From positions 11,978,494-12,042,493 of the forward strand of contig NC_069007.1 in assembly GCF_001194135.2 (NCBI RefSeq): a stretch of DNA of 64,000 nt. Direction: 5' to 3'. The position numbers and the translations under genes are program-made. Numbering within the stretch: the first letter of the stretch is position 1; each line of letters starts with the position of its first letter. The notes under the pieces were generated by a model. The model saw nothing but the letters and a program-made list of their open reading frames with translations, searched no databases and was not told the origin of the DNA. This document shows positions 12,572 through 24,956 of the stretch, one piece after another. Origin of the DNA: Octopus bimaculoides. Its lineage: Eukaryota.

Positions 12572-13140
12572 TACTATTATTATTATTATTATTATTGTTA
12601 TTGAGTGAGAGAGCAGTGCATGCCATCAAAGTGACACTGGGGTAAAATATACAAAGCCCAATATACCCATCATGACTACCCGTCTGATAAGGGTACACCA
12701 GGCACATGCATCACAACCTTATGTGTGTAACATGGTGATCTCATATCAAAATAAACAGCACATGACCTTGAAGGTGGGGCCCAGTTAGAATTTTCTTCAG
12801 TTCAAATAGCCCATCTGCTCAAAAGGTCCCTGAATAAGGTTTGTTTAAGGATGGGGAATAAAACGGCCATGTTTCCAGAGGTGAATTATTTAAACCCCAA
12901 ACAATTTCTCTCAACCCATGGCTAGGATGCTCCCCAACTACTTCTGCTCATGATCAGAGATGCACATATCGTCAACCACTAAGGGTCATGCTCAACTGGT
13001 TACGGTCAAATAACTGACAAGCAAATCTGTGGTATTGAGCAGAATATTTGTTGTAGGCCATCTTTTATACCAAGACAAAACAATGTACATGAAAACACTT
13101 TCAATCAATTAAGATCAGAAGCCATGAGGGCCACTGCCTG
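12572..13140 (-). mobile_element. Retroposon 3' end with (TAA)n tail, family unassigned
   Basis: About 570 bp of higher-GC sequence ending on the minus strand in ctctctcactcaataacaataataat; consistent with a LINE 3' UTR (inference). Confidence 0.5.
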
Positions 13141-14081
13141 GAATTGAAAGAGTCTTGGAGAAAAATACTCAGGGAAGAAGCAATAATTACTAAACCTTAA
13201 TGACAGGTACAAAGAATGTTTTATAAATATTATGGCATGTTAAACCAATGTGGGAGTTGTGTTGATGGCTGGTAGGGGTGTTGCAAAGATTTTGTGGCCA
13301 GGAGTGTTGAAAAAGACAGCAAGAGATGTTTAACTATTTTAATGAATGCTAGAAGTTTATTACTTGTGGAAATAAGCACACACACACATACATGCTAGGA
13401 AGGGTAGGTCTGTGTTAGGAAGGGCATCCTGTTGTCAAAATCAGGCCAAAGCAGGCACTGGAGCACAATGCAGTCCTTGGACACATCAGATTCTGTCAAA
13501 CCATCGAACCAATGCCAGCATGGAACATGGATATTATATGATGGTGGTGATGGTGGTGGTGGAGCTGCTAGTTTTGAAGGTGTGGGTTAACATTGTCATA
13601 GCCATGATGATCATGAAGATGGTGGTGGTGGTGGTGGTGGTTGACATTGTCGTAGTCATGATGATGATGATGATGTTGATGGTTATGATGACAAAAGTGT
13701 GATACAACAGGCTTCTATACATTTTCTCTTCACCAAATTCTCTGCTAAAAGATACTTGCCCAAGATGTCACACCATAGCATGGTTCCTGAGACTATGCAT
13801 GTCTCAGTTGCCAAGTAAACTTTGTAACCACACAACCAGCCAACCAAGCCTGGGTCTCCCAATAAACAGTTTCAAACTAAAAGAAATTGATTTGCTGCAA
13901 CGAAGTGGAAGAATTGAACTTGTTGAACAAAACCCTGATCGTTGGGGCAGCATGAGTCACTTTACATCATAATATTGTCTTCAATAAAAAAAATATTATT
14001 CTTGAATTGGGATCAATTTCAGTTGATTATATTGAACTCTGGACAACTTGTGGCTATAGATCTACCCAAGAAATCAATATT

Positions 14082-14700
14082 AAGGCAGTGAGCTGGCAGA
14101 AACGTTAGCACACCGGGCAAAATGCTTAATGGTATTTCGTCTGTCTTTACTTTCTGAGTTCAAATTCCACTCAGGTTGACTTTGCCTTTCATCCTTTTGG
14201 GGTCGATAAATTAAGTACCAGTTGCATACTGGCATCGATCTAATCGACTGGGCCCCCTCCCGAAAGATTTCAGGCCTTGTGCCTAGAGTAGAAAAGAATT
14301 ATTAGCATGCCAGACAGAATACCTAGTAGTATTTCATCTGTCTGCACGTTCTGGGTTCAAATTCCACCGAGGTCGACTTTACCTGTCATCCTTTCAGGGG
14401 TCGATAAATTAAGTACCAGAGAAACACTGTAGTTGATGTAATCGACTTGCACCCTCCCCCATCCCCAAATTCCTGGCCTTGTGCTAAAATTTAAAACCAA
14501 CATTAACAGCAGTTAAAGGCAGCAAGTTGGTAGAATGGTCAGCACTCTGGGAAAAACGCCTAGCGGCATTTCTTCTCTCCTTATGTTCTGAGATCAAATT
14601 TTGCTGAGGTCAACTTTACCTTTCATCCTTTGGGGGGAAAGGGTCAATAAAATAAGTATCAGTTGAGAACTGGGGGTCAGTGTAATCAACTTACCCTATA
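14082..14700 (+). mobile_element. Three head-to-tail SINE family B copies
   Basis: Core gactttgcctttcatcc...ggtcgataaattaagtacc repeated three times (about 14082-14304, 14303-14500, 14515-14700). Confidence 0.88.
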
Positions 14701-15199
14701 TGTAGCAGTTTTAATAAGCACAAAGAGGTTCCCACCCAGTACACCGTGTGGAGTGGTTGGCATTAGGAAAGAACTCCCAGGTGTAGAAACCATGCCAGCA
14801 CAGACAATGAGACCTGATCAAACCGTCCAACCCATGCTAGCATGGAAAACGAATATTAGATGATGATGATGTGTTGTGTAGCTGGTGCCTTCTGTTGCAT
14901 GGGTTATGTGGATGTTGTTTGCATGCTGTCACTAACACAGTGTCCTCTCAGCAACACTGTATCACATTCATAACTAAAATACTTAGCTGTCAACAGCCCA
15001 GTCCACCTAGTTGTAAGTAGGTACCACAGGTTTTTTTTCCCCCCTATAATATCCACTTCAGTGATTTGGTGAACTCAGATGAAATTCTGCCAAAACAAAA
15101 GATAACTGCTATAGATCTGATTTCTCTCCGGGGGTAGATTTAGCTCATATCCTAACATGGCCATCTCATATTTTATTCAGGCATATCTTTCTCTCTTCT

Positions 15200-15400
15200 G
15201 CACCAATATATCGTTCCAAGACCAACAGGTTGATCCAGTTGCCTTCCAAGAATGGCAAGAATTCTACCAAAATATCTCATCCCAGAATCCCATAATTCCA
15301 TCTCAATGGCTTTAGATCACTGATCCACACCACACACATCCATACAACACAATTCCACATTCATCAATGATATTAGTTTTAGTTGATCATGTGTTGTGGT
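15200..15400 (-). mobile_element. Old decayed LINE ORF fragment
   Basis: Minus strand gives IVLYGCVW and, after a frameshift, KAIEMELWDSGMRYFGRILAI, resembling the RTE motif LLYGCETW...F..RCLRRILGI. Confidence 0.4.
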
Positions 15401-15918
15401 GTTCATGCTGATCTACAACTTATTCGTCTTTACTAATTGTGCTGTTGCTATTTTAATTGACCTCTTTCTTTTAGTTACATAGTTTTACTAATTAGATTCA
15501 CTAATTAATTGATTCCAGAAGAAGATTTTTCAATTCAGACTGTCTCCATATTAGTGTTGTTTATTTCGCAGTTTTTTTTTTGGAAGATTCTTAGCATGTG
15601 TGAGATAATTACTGAAGGTAAAATGATAAGAAGGAATCCAAGAATAGATTGGTTAAACAAAAAAGAGATGTTGACATGGTTCTGTGGTTAAGAAGCTCAA
15701 TTTTCAACCTCATTACATGGCATTTTGGGTCAGATTCTTCTACTGTAGCCCTTGGCTAACAAAATCCTTGTGAGTTGATTTGGAAGGCAGAAATTGAAAG
15801 AAACATCATGTGTGTGTGTGTGTATTTTTTCATCAATATTTAACAGCAGCAACAGAGTGACTCAGGGGCCAGGAGTTTCGTGTGTTGGCATTTACCAGTC
15901 TAGCTTCTGCTAAATATT

Positions 15919-16063
15919 CTTTTCTACTCTAGGCACAAGTATGTGCCGAAATTATGGCAAGTGGGGGCCGGTCAATTAGATCATCCCCAGTACGTGACTG
16001 GTACTTAATTTATCAACCCCAAAAGGATGAAAGGCAAAATCAACCTTGGCAGAATTTGAACTC
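15919..16063 (-). mobile_element. 5'-truncated SINE family B with 17-bp target-site duplication
   Basis: AGCTTCTGCTAAATATT at 15902-15918 and 16064-16080 flanks the antisense core. Confidence 0.88.
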
Positions 16064-16689
16064 AGCTTCTGCTAAATATTAATAGAAATATACATACTCA
16101 TATTTTGGCTTTTTTGTCCTTTGCATCGCCATACCTGTGTGTGTGTGTGTTTGAATGGCTGTAAGCATGCTTGAGTTTGTAACTCCTTGTCTTGACATTG
16201 TGTTGTAGTTGTAAACAAGAGTCACCTTCATACAAGAGTGGCATCATTTGTTTCCAAACTTCTGTGAAAACTGAAGCCATGGCGATTTATCACCACAATC
16301 AGTGGTATAAAAGATGTACTTTTTCCCCCTAAGATGTCTCAAAAATACCACCCTGGGTACTCTTTGCAAAGTTGGGCTTCTTATAAGCTTTAATGTCCTC
16401 AATACATTTTCTCCCCCTAATACATGCTGTTGAAATTGGGTACCTTTAATATGTCCAGGTCTTTTTATGCCATCAAATATAGTACCTGGCTTGGAAACAA
16501 GTGAAGGTTGGTGACAGGAGAGGCACCCATCCATAGAAAATCTGTCTCAACAAACTCTATTAGACCCATGCAAACATGGAAATAGGACGTTAAAAAGTGG
16601 TGGTGGTGGCGATGATGATGATGATGATGGGCTGGTATGAGATTATTAGAATGCCTTCAGAAATCTCAAGACAGAGAAGGGTGTGAAAT

Positions 16690-17127
16690 ACTGGTAAAAA
16701 AATGACTGTGTGATAAGCTTGCTTCCCAACCACATGGCCCTGGGTTCAGTTTCACTGCACAGCAGCTTGGGCAAGTGTCTTCTACTATGGTCTCAGTTCG
16801 ACCAAAGCCTTGTGAGTAGATTTGTTAGTTGGAAACTGAAAGAAGCCCATCGTATACATACATACATACATATGTGTGTGTGTGGTATATATACATACAT
16901 GTATATATATATTCTTTTCTACTCTAGGCACAAAGCCCGAAATTTTTGGGGAGGAGACCAGTCAATTATATCGACCTCAGTACACAACTGGTAATTAATT
17001 TATCGACCCTGAATGGATGAAAGGCAAAGTCAAGCTCAGTGGAATTTGAACTTAGAACGTAAAGACAGACGAAATGCTGCTAAGCATTTTGCCCAGTATG
17101 CTAACGTTTCTGCCAGCTTTCCACCTT
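16690..17127. mobile_element. SINE A head (+) joined at its microsatellite to SINE B (-)
   Basis: A head 16690-16860, TA/TG tract, then antisense B 16912-17127. Confidence 0.85.
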
Positions 17128-17149
17128 TAGATATTTATATATATATATA

Positions 17150-17600
17150 TTATTATGTATGGAACATGTGGAAGAGGTAGACCCAGGAAGACCTGGGATG
17201 AGGTGATGAAGCATGACCTTTGAACATTGGACCTCACCGAGGTAATGACAAGTGACTGAGACCTTTGGAGATATGCTGTGCTTGAGAAGACCCGGCAAGC
17301 CAAGTGAGACCATAACCGTGGCCTATGCCAGTGTTGTATAACCAGCCTATTTAAGAGTACCTTTCAATCATTGGACAATAAACTACGCTTGTGAAAACCT
17401 GTTGAGGCAATGTAATCGCTGTTGTGGCCTATGACAGTACTGCCTGATTGGCACCCATGCCAATGGAATGTTAAAAGTACCATTCAAGCGTGATCATTGC
17501 CAGAGCCACTGACTGACTCCCGTGCCTGTGGCACGTAAAAAGCACCATTCGAGTGTGGTCATTGCCAGTGTCGGCTGACTGCTTCCCATGCCGGTGGCAC
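17150..17600 (+). mobile_element. RTE LINE 3' fragment with tandem UTR units
   Basis: ggaagaggtagacccaggaagacctgggatgaggtgatg...gacctttggagatatgctgtgcttgagaagacc matches 54130-54260; three ttgccag...ggcac units follow. Confidence 0.75.
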
Positions 17601-19076
17601 CAAGTCATTAGAACTTGGCATCAAAAACAACACTTTCATTGCACTCTTTCTACAATATCTTCATATTCTCAGTTCAATTCCTACTCAGGTTAGTAACGCT
17701 GGGCCAAGACCACCAGAGACCAGGGAGAAGTGGGAATTTCAGAGGGAAGAATTTGAAGGTCATTGAAATGACACTTCAAAGTAATTATATCGTTAGCTCA
17801 ACGCCCTCCCAGGAAATTCCAAATGGGAGACGTTTCCTCGCTTCATTGATTTATTTCTTCTTCTCCAATTTGGCGGCAGCAGATTTTCGACTTTTGACTT
17901 TTATCAAATGAACGACAGGAATCGGCCTGAATCTATAAGAAAAATCAATTCTTATTATTACTGCTCGTTTGTTTGTATGTTTTTTAGCATCATCGATGCG
18001 AGAGAGAGAGAGAGGGAGAGAGGGAGAGAGAGAGAAAGAGAGGGAGAGAGAGAGAGAGAGAGAGAGACTGTACATACACACACACATGTTCATACACACA
18101 TATCTGTTAATGCAATCGAGTGTGTTCAAACACATACACCAACACATTCATACACACATTTATACAAACATAGACATACACATGTACATAGACAGCCACA
18201 CACACACACATATGTACACTGGCACACACACACACATGCACATACACATACACAAATATACACACGCACACATACTCATACACAGACACACATGAACACA
18301 TACACAAAGCTACACACAGACATACACATACATGCACAAATACACACATACACCCACACACTGACTCACACACACCCGTACACACAGTCACACACACATA
18401 CACAGTCTCACACACACACACAAGCATATAGCCAAACACATACACAGACACACACACACACCTACACAATCCCAGAGATTGACTATTTTCGATCTGTATT
18501 TGAAAAGTTTCATCTTTTGGTTCAAGTTGAAACACAATGATGTTGGAGTGGGTGGTGGAGAGGTTGGTGGTAGTGGTGGTGGCAGCTTTCCTGTTGATAA
18601 TGTTTTGGTAGTGGTAGGGGTGGTGGTGTTGATGGTGATGTGGTGCCAGTCATGATGGTCGTAGAAGTGATGCTGGAGAGACGAAGGTGATGATGATGAT
18701 GATATACAGCAGTGATAGTGGTGAAAGTAGTGGTGGTCGTGGTCGTAGTCATGGTGAAAGTAACGATGCTGATGATGGTGGTGGTGGTGGTGGTGTGAGT
18801 GTGTTGCAGATGCGGTGCTGATCATAATGTCCTTGACAGCTATGGGGGTGGTGATGATGGTGGCATTGATGATGATGTTGTTGTTGTTGAAGAGGGCAGG
18901 TGGGTGGGGACAGAAAGATTGGTGCATAGAACAAACTGCTTCATGGTATTTGGCTACATCCCTTTAGGATTTCAGTTCAAAGCTCTCGAAGTTTCACCTT
19001 GCTTTTCATCTTCCAAGATGACCTTGTACCAAACTTAGAAATCATTATTATTATTGTGATTATTATTATTATTATT

Positions 19077-19265
19077 AAGGTGACAAGCTGGCAGAATCGT
19101 TAGTGCACCAGGCGAAATGCTTAGCTGCATTTTGCCTGTCTTCACATTCTGAGTTCAAATGCCACCAGGGTTGATTAAATAAGTGCCAGTTACGTACTGA
19201 GGTTGATGTAATTGACTTCATCTCTTCCCCTAAATTTGAGGCCTTGTGCTTCCAGTAGAAAGAAT
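19077..19265 (+). mobile_element. SINE family B, internally deleted
   Basis: Head aaggtgacaagctggcagaatcgttag and tail aaatttgaggccttgtgc. Confidence 0.8.
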
Positions 19266-19520
19266 AATTATTATTATTATCATTTTACATTCTCAGAACG
19301 TTCAGTCTTGTTTGTTCTGGTAGATTCTTATGGGAGCAGACAGCAGCCTGTTGTCAGGGGTTTCAAAGGGTCTCTTTCCACACATTATAAGCTTTGATAC
19401 TTGATTGTTAATTATCATGGGAGGCATTCAACATCCAAGAACCAATCTCAAAATCCTTACTGTCCCCAGCAGAGCAGTTTTTTGGGCTACTATGCTCTCA
19501 TGCAAATTCCAAATTATTAT
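19262..19520 (-). mobile_element. 3' end of an RLE-type (R4/Dong-like) non-LTR retrotransposon
   Basis: Translates ...VAQKTALLGTVRILRLVLGC*, the typical RLE C-terminal motif QKTALLGTARILR, then a 3' UTR and a (TAA)n tail. Confidence 0.7.
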
Positions 19521-19542
19521 CATTATTATTATTATTATTATT

Positions 19543-19593
<51 letters not shown>

Positions 19594-20294
19594 GTCATCA
19601 TCATCATCATCAATAATATTAATATCCCTATTTGTTCTTTTTGTATGTATCTGGCATGTGTGTCACACTTACTTCAAAGAAGAAGTGAGTGGCAAAACGT
19701 GAGATAGGAGGACATAGAGAGAGAGAAAGTGAGAGAGTGAAAGAGACAGTGAGTGGTGACGGGGTTCGTTTTGTGTTTTTAAATGTTTCAGAGAAGAAGT
19801 AAGAGAGAAGGAGAGAGAGAATGAGAGTGAAAGAGACAGTGACGGTGTTTGTTTTGTATTTTTAAATGTTTATCACATTGCAAGAAAAGTTGATACACAG
19901 GTCAAGACCGAGAAAGGAAAGCCTCAGACATTTATAATAACAGTAAGACTGAGATACGATCGATCTTTTCTAACTTCTTTACTTTTGACAATGAAGAAGA
20001 GGGGAAAAACATTTAGTAATAAATAGAGGGAAACTCTTTCAGGTGTTTACGTTTTTATTCTGAGAATTCTAGAATGACCAGGTGTTAGTTCTCCCTTCTT
20101 TCCTCCACCACCCGATACTTAGTCACCTTCCTTCATAGTTCTTCATATCTTAGTTGGGGGGAAAGACCATGTTTGTTTGTTTTCAGGCATGTTTAATGTT
20201 TTCTCCAGAAACTACAAACAAGCCCCCCCCCCACTCCCTTCCATTTACTTTCATACATTTTAGCCCTTGATAGAAAAAGTGGGATTAGTGCACA

Positions 20295-20640
20295 TGGGAA
20301 TACATCTGTATCTGGCACTTGTGCCCGTGACATGTGTAAGGGTTTTCGGGCAAGATCGTTGCCAGTGCCCCTGGACTGGCTCTAGTGTGGGTGGCACATA
20401 AAATACACCATTTTGAGCGTGGCCGTTGCCAGTACCGCCTGACTGGCCTTCGAGCGGGTGGCACGTAAAAGCACCCACTACACTCTCTGAGTGGTTGGTA
20501 TTAGGAAAGGCATCCAGCTGTAGAAACTCTGCCAAATCAGATTGGAGCCTGGTGTTGCCATCCGGTTTCACCAGTCCTCAGTCAAATCTTCCAACCCATG
20601 CTAGCATGGAAAGTGGACGTTAAATGATGATGATGATATA
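20295..20640 (+). mobile_element. RTE 3'-UTR element, young subfamily, (GAT)n tail
   Basis: Highly similar to 30960-31295; ends ccaacccatgctagcatggaaagtggacgttaaatgatgatgat. Confidence 0.88.
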
Positions 20641-21779
20641 TCTGTGCAAAAGCAGAGGCTGAGCAAGATGCAGTCATACTGTCCAACCCATGCCAGTACG
20701 GAACATGGGATATTAAATGATGTCGATGAAGATGGTATGAGAGTGTGTGTCTATGTATTTTGTTTAAGCAAATAACTGGAGACAGCAAAAGCTACCTTCA
20801 ATGTTCTCTATCTAAATGCTGCACCTGATGCACATCTGGTGCATCTGCAATGCACAATAGATGGTAGTGTGTAAGTGCACCAAAAGAAATACGAATGTGC
20901 AAAACAAAAACTATGCATGCACAAAAATAGCAAAGATATTTTTGTTCGGAGCCGACCAATCTTTGTTCAAAACTTTCAGTGCTATAAATGGTGAAAGTTA
21001 ACAGTGCTATGTTTAAACCTCAACTGTTTCTTACTTAAGCAAAATTTCGTAATTCTATAAAAACTCAAATAATCTTATAATCTGAAGAGCATATTTTCTA
21101 CCACCCTCCACACTGACAGACATGCACAAATACACACTCTCCTTTTCTCTCCCTCTCTCTCTCGATCTCTGCAGTAAGGCTTTCATATTGTTATGGGAGA
21201 ATCCTGTATACCCCCAAGTGACTGAAGGTGGATTAATGGATTTACATAAATAAAGAACTGTGTGACCTGTCAGGGGTAGTTGACAATGTTGGTCGACCAT
21301 ATTGGTTTCTGAGTTAGTGTGATGTGTTTTGGTTAAATATCGTATCTACGTTCGAGTAGTATGAAGTGCGTTCTGTGTGAACATAATAATTCTGCAATGG
21401 GTTATTTCCAGATAACCACTTTCCAAATATTTATTTGGGTAATTTTCTTTACACCATTCATGTACACACGTCATAACACATATATATTTGGTCCCAGGAC
21501 CCATTCAGTCAATTCAGGATCTGAAATACGTCACAAAACGGTTCTACATGACTTGTGAGACTATACAAAGATGCAGATCTTTCAATACAAAGGGATGAGC
21601 AAGGATGTTTTACAAAAAAAATGTAAAAGATTAGTTTGAAATATTTCTTCTTCCTTATGTGCCTTGGCCTTCAGATGTTGGCAATAATAGATGTCTTCTC
21701 TATCCTGTCGTATCACACAAATTAATTATCGAGTGTCTTTCTATAATCAGCTGGTATAAGGCCATCAACTATTTTCTCT

Positions 21780-21904
21780 CTCTCTTTCTATCTATCTATT
21801 GATCTATTTATCTATCCATCTATCTATCTATCTACCTATCAATCCATCTATCTATCTACCTATTAATCCATCTGTCTATCTATCTCTCTATCTACCTACC
21901 CATC

Positions 21905-21960
<56 letters not shown>

Positions 21961-22110
21961 CCTCTATATATCCATCTATCTATCTACCTGTCTATCAATC
22001 CATCTATCTATCTGTCTATCTATCTACCTGTCTATCAATCCATCTATCTATCTGTCTATCTATCTATCTATTTATCTGTCTATCTATCTATCTTTCTATC
22101 TATCTTTTAC
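21780..22110. repeat. (TCTA)n-type tetranucleotide microsatellite
   Basis: Directly visible; similar tracts at about 27030-27310, 32960-33190 and 63030-63190. Confidence 0.95.
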
Positions 22111-22114
22111 CTTT

Positions 22115-22470
22115 CATGTTTCAGTCATTAGATTGTGGCCATGCTGGGGCACTGCTTTGAGGAATTTCTTTTTAGTCAAACTTATCAACTCCAATACTTA
22201 TTTCTTTTTACACCTGGTACTTATTCTAATGTTTTCTTTGCTGAGCTGCTAGGTTACAGGGATGTAAACACACAAACACTGATTGTCAAGTGGTGGAGAC
22301 AAGCATAGATACAAAGACACACAAGACGAGAGTCTTTCAGTTTCCCTCTACTAAATCCATTCGTTGACCTGAGGCTAGACATTTGCCCAAAGTGCCATGC
22401 AGAGGGACTGAACCCGGAACCATGTAGTTAGGAAGCAACCTTCTTACCGCACAGCCACACCTACACCTAT
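22115..22470 (-). mobile_element. SINE family A, diverged
   Basis: ttcagtcattagattgtggccatgctgg...gggactgaacccggaaccatg. Confidence 0.8.
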
Positions 22471-22596
22471 GTATTTATTCTCCCTTTCAGTTTTCCAGTC
22501 ATTAAATATTCATGACATCATCTTCGCATATAGACAGTGCCCAACTGACCCTAATATACTGTGTAGTCGATAATATCAAAAACAAACAACGAATAT

Positions 22597-22767
22597 ACAG
22601 GGTGTAATGGGTAAATTGTCTCCATTTTCTATTTTTGATTTTGTACATGTGCATTGTTTGTTTTCGATTTTGTCAACTACACAGTATAGTAGGATCAGTT
22701 GGGTACCGTCTGTGACAAAAACCTTTTTATGTAATTTTGCGTAATTTAGGTGACAGTTTATTCACCG

Positions 22768-22772
<5 letters not shown>
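22597..22772. mobile_element. Tc1/mariner-type MITE with degenerate TIRs
   Basis: Left tacagggtgtaatgggtaaattgtctcc versus right (reverse complement) tatatgttgcggtgaataaactgtcacc; TA-flanked. Confidence 0.5.
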
Positions 22773-22820
<48 letters not shown>

Positions 22821-22851
22821 CAGCTGCTATAGGGCCGTCAACTGTCTTCTT

Positions 22852-22896
<45 letters not shown>

Positions 22897-23499
22897 GTGT
22901 GTGTGTATATATATATATACACATACATACAAAAATACACACATGCATACACATGTATATAGAACACATGTGCATATGTTTTTACAAGTGTGTGAATGTA
23001 TCTGTACACACACACACATTAAGTGAGATCTACTGCAGTTATTAGGATATTATCTGGTTCACATGCACTTAAGAATTTCTCAAACAAATTGGGATTTTTT
23101 TTCTTTTATTTATTTTTTTTTTCTCTCCTCTTTTACACTGAAATATTTTGTTTTGCACATTTTCCTTTCCCATTGGAACAAGGTTTGAACATGATGATGA
23201 TGGTAGTGGTGGTGGTGGTGGTCTGTTCTTTCATCATGCCAATCAAATATACTATAAATCATACACAAAAGTGTTACAAAAGACCTGTGAGTCTTGCGCG
23301 CATGTGTGTGTGTGTTGTAAAGATGAGATTGTTTAAAAAGAAAGGAAGTGGTGGTGGGGGGAGAGGGAAGACATTTTACTATATTCTGAGATGTATTAAA
23401 ATTCTATTCTTATTTTTTTGTAAATTACGCAAAAAAATTGATATATGTACACACACACACACACATATATTTAAACATATATACATGCATATATCATCA

Positions 23500-23700
23500 T
23501 CATCATCATCATCGTTTAACGTCCGCTTTCCATGCTAGCATGGGTTGGACGATTTGACTGAGGACTGGTGAAACCGGATGGCAACACCAGGCTCCAGTCT
23601 GATTTGGCAGAGTTTCTACAGCTGGATGCCCTTCCTAACGCCAACCACTCAGAGAGTGTAGTGGGTGCTTTTACGTGTCACCCGCACGAAAACGGCCATA
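23500..23700 (-). mobile_element. RTE 3'-UTR element
   Basis: catcatcatcgtttaacgtccgctttccatgctagcatgggttgg..., the reverse complement of the tail family. Confidence 0.9.
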
Positions 23701-23765
23701 TATATATATATATATATATATATGAATACATATATATAAATACATACATATATATATATATATAC

Positions 23766-23803
<38 letters not shown>

Positions 23804-23919
23804 NNNNNNNNNNNNNNNNNNNNNNNNNNNNNNNNNNNNNNNNNNNNNNNNNNNNNNNNNNNNNNNNNNNNNNNNNNNNNNNNNNNNNNNNNACACACAC
23901 ACACACACATATATATACC

Positions 23920-24135
23920 CGATGCCAGCTCTTCTGGCCCCTGTGCCCGTGATGAGTAAAAAGAACCCACTACACTCTCGGAGTGGTTAGCATTAGGAAG
24001 GGCATCCAGCTGTAGAAACATTGCCAGATCGGATTGGGGCCTGGTGCAGCCTCCTGGCTTCCCAGACACCAGTCGAACCGTCCAACCCATGCCAGCATCG
24101 AAAACGGTCATTAAATTACACTCATGATGATGATG
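23920..24135 (+). mobile_element. RTE 3'-UTR element
   Basis: acccactacactctcggagtggttagcattaggaagggcatccagctgtagaaac...gatgatgat. Confidence 0.88.
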
Positions 24136-24167
24136 ATCATATATATATACGTATATATATATGTGTG

Positions 24168-24445
24168 AAGGCACATGGCTTATTGGTTAAGGTGTTGCAC
24201 TCACGATTGTGAGATCATGGGTTTGATTCCCAGACCGACCATTGCGTTGTGTTCTTGGGCAAAGCACTTCATATCACGTTGCTCTGCAATCATTTCGACA
24301 CCTGACATGTGGCACCCAGTTACACCTGTACAGGTTATGTTGATCTGATGGAGGAAGTGAGCTTATGTGTACACAAACATTTGATCACTATAAACAAATC
24401 ATTTGTGTGGTTGTTCGGCAAGAAATTGTCGAACCTTCATACGTC
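24168..24445 (+). mobile_element. tRNA-derived SINE, third family
   Basis: A-box-like tggcttattggttaagg, B-box-like gggtttgattccc, CORE-like ttcttgggcaaagcactt. Confidence 0.7.
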
Positions 24446-24956
24446 ATCTAATGACAGGAGAGTCCATTTTATATATATATATATATATTTTATATATATA
24501 TATATGTATGTATGTATGTATATGTATATATAAAAAATAGATAGACAGACAGGTAGACATACAGACAGATATATGCCAACAATTACAAAAAATACAGAGA
24601 TATCTTCAATTTTTTTCTTTTAATTTAACAGTTAGTTATACATCATAATTAGTTAGTTAAATTGACCACCATGTGTCTCTGTTGCACAGTTTATGTGCAA
24701 TTGCGTGAGCAACCCAGAATATTCTGTTATACACCTTACACTCGGAAGGTTGGGCCTGCAGCCAAACCTTTCACAATGCCCTTAAAACTGAGGACTTTTC
24801 AGTACATGTGTATGCACCCCTTGTATATGCACACGCACACACATGCACATAATTGTATTTGTTTTACACCCTTTTTTTCCCCCCATGCTACATTGGGTTA
24901 GACAGATATATTTTTGAGGCATTGTTTCAAAGTTGGACACCCTTCCTCTCACTAAC

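Noticed and set aside
13868-13972. Plus-strand frame FKLKEIDLLQRSGRIELVEQNPDRWGSMSHFTS*
   Set aside because: Weak acceptor, short, and no linked exon; within chance expectation.
21400-21555. Possible plus-strand mini-exons NHFPNIYL/GPIQSIQDLKYVTKRFYMT
   Set aside because: Requires a ~57-nt intron and has no other support.
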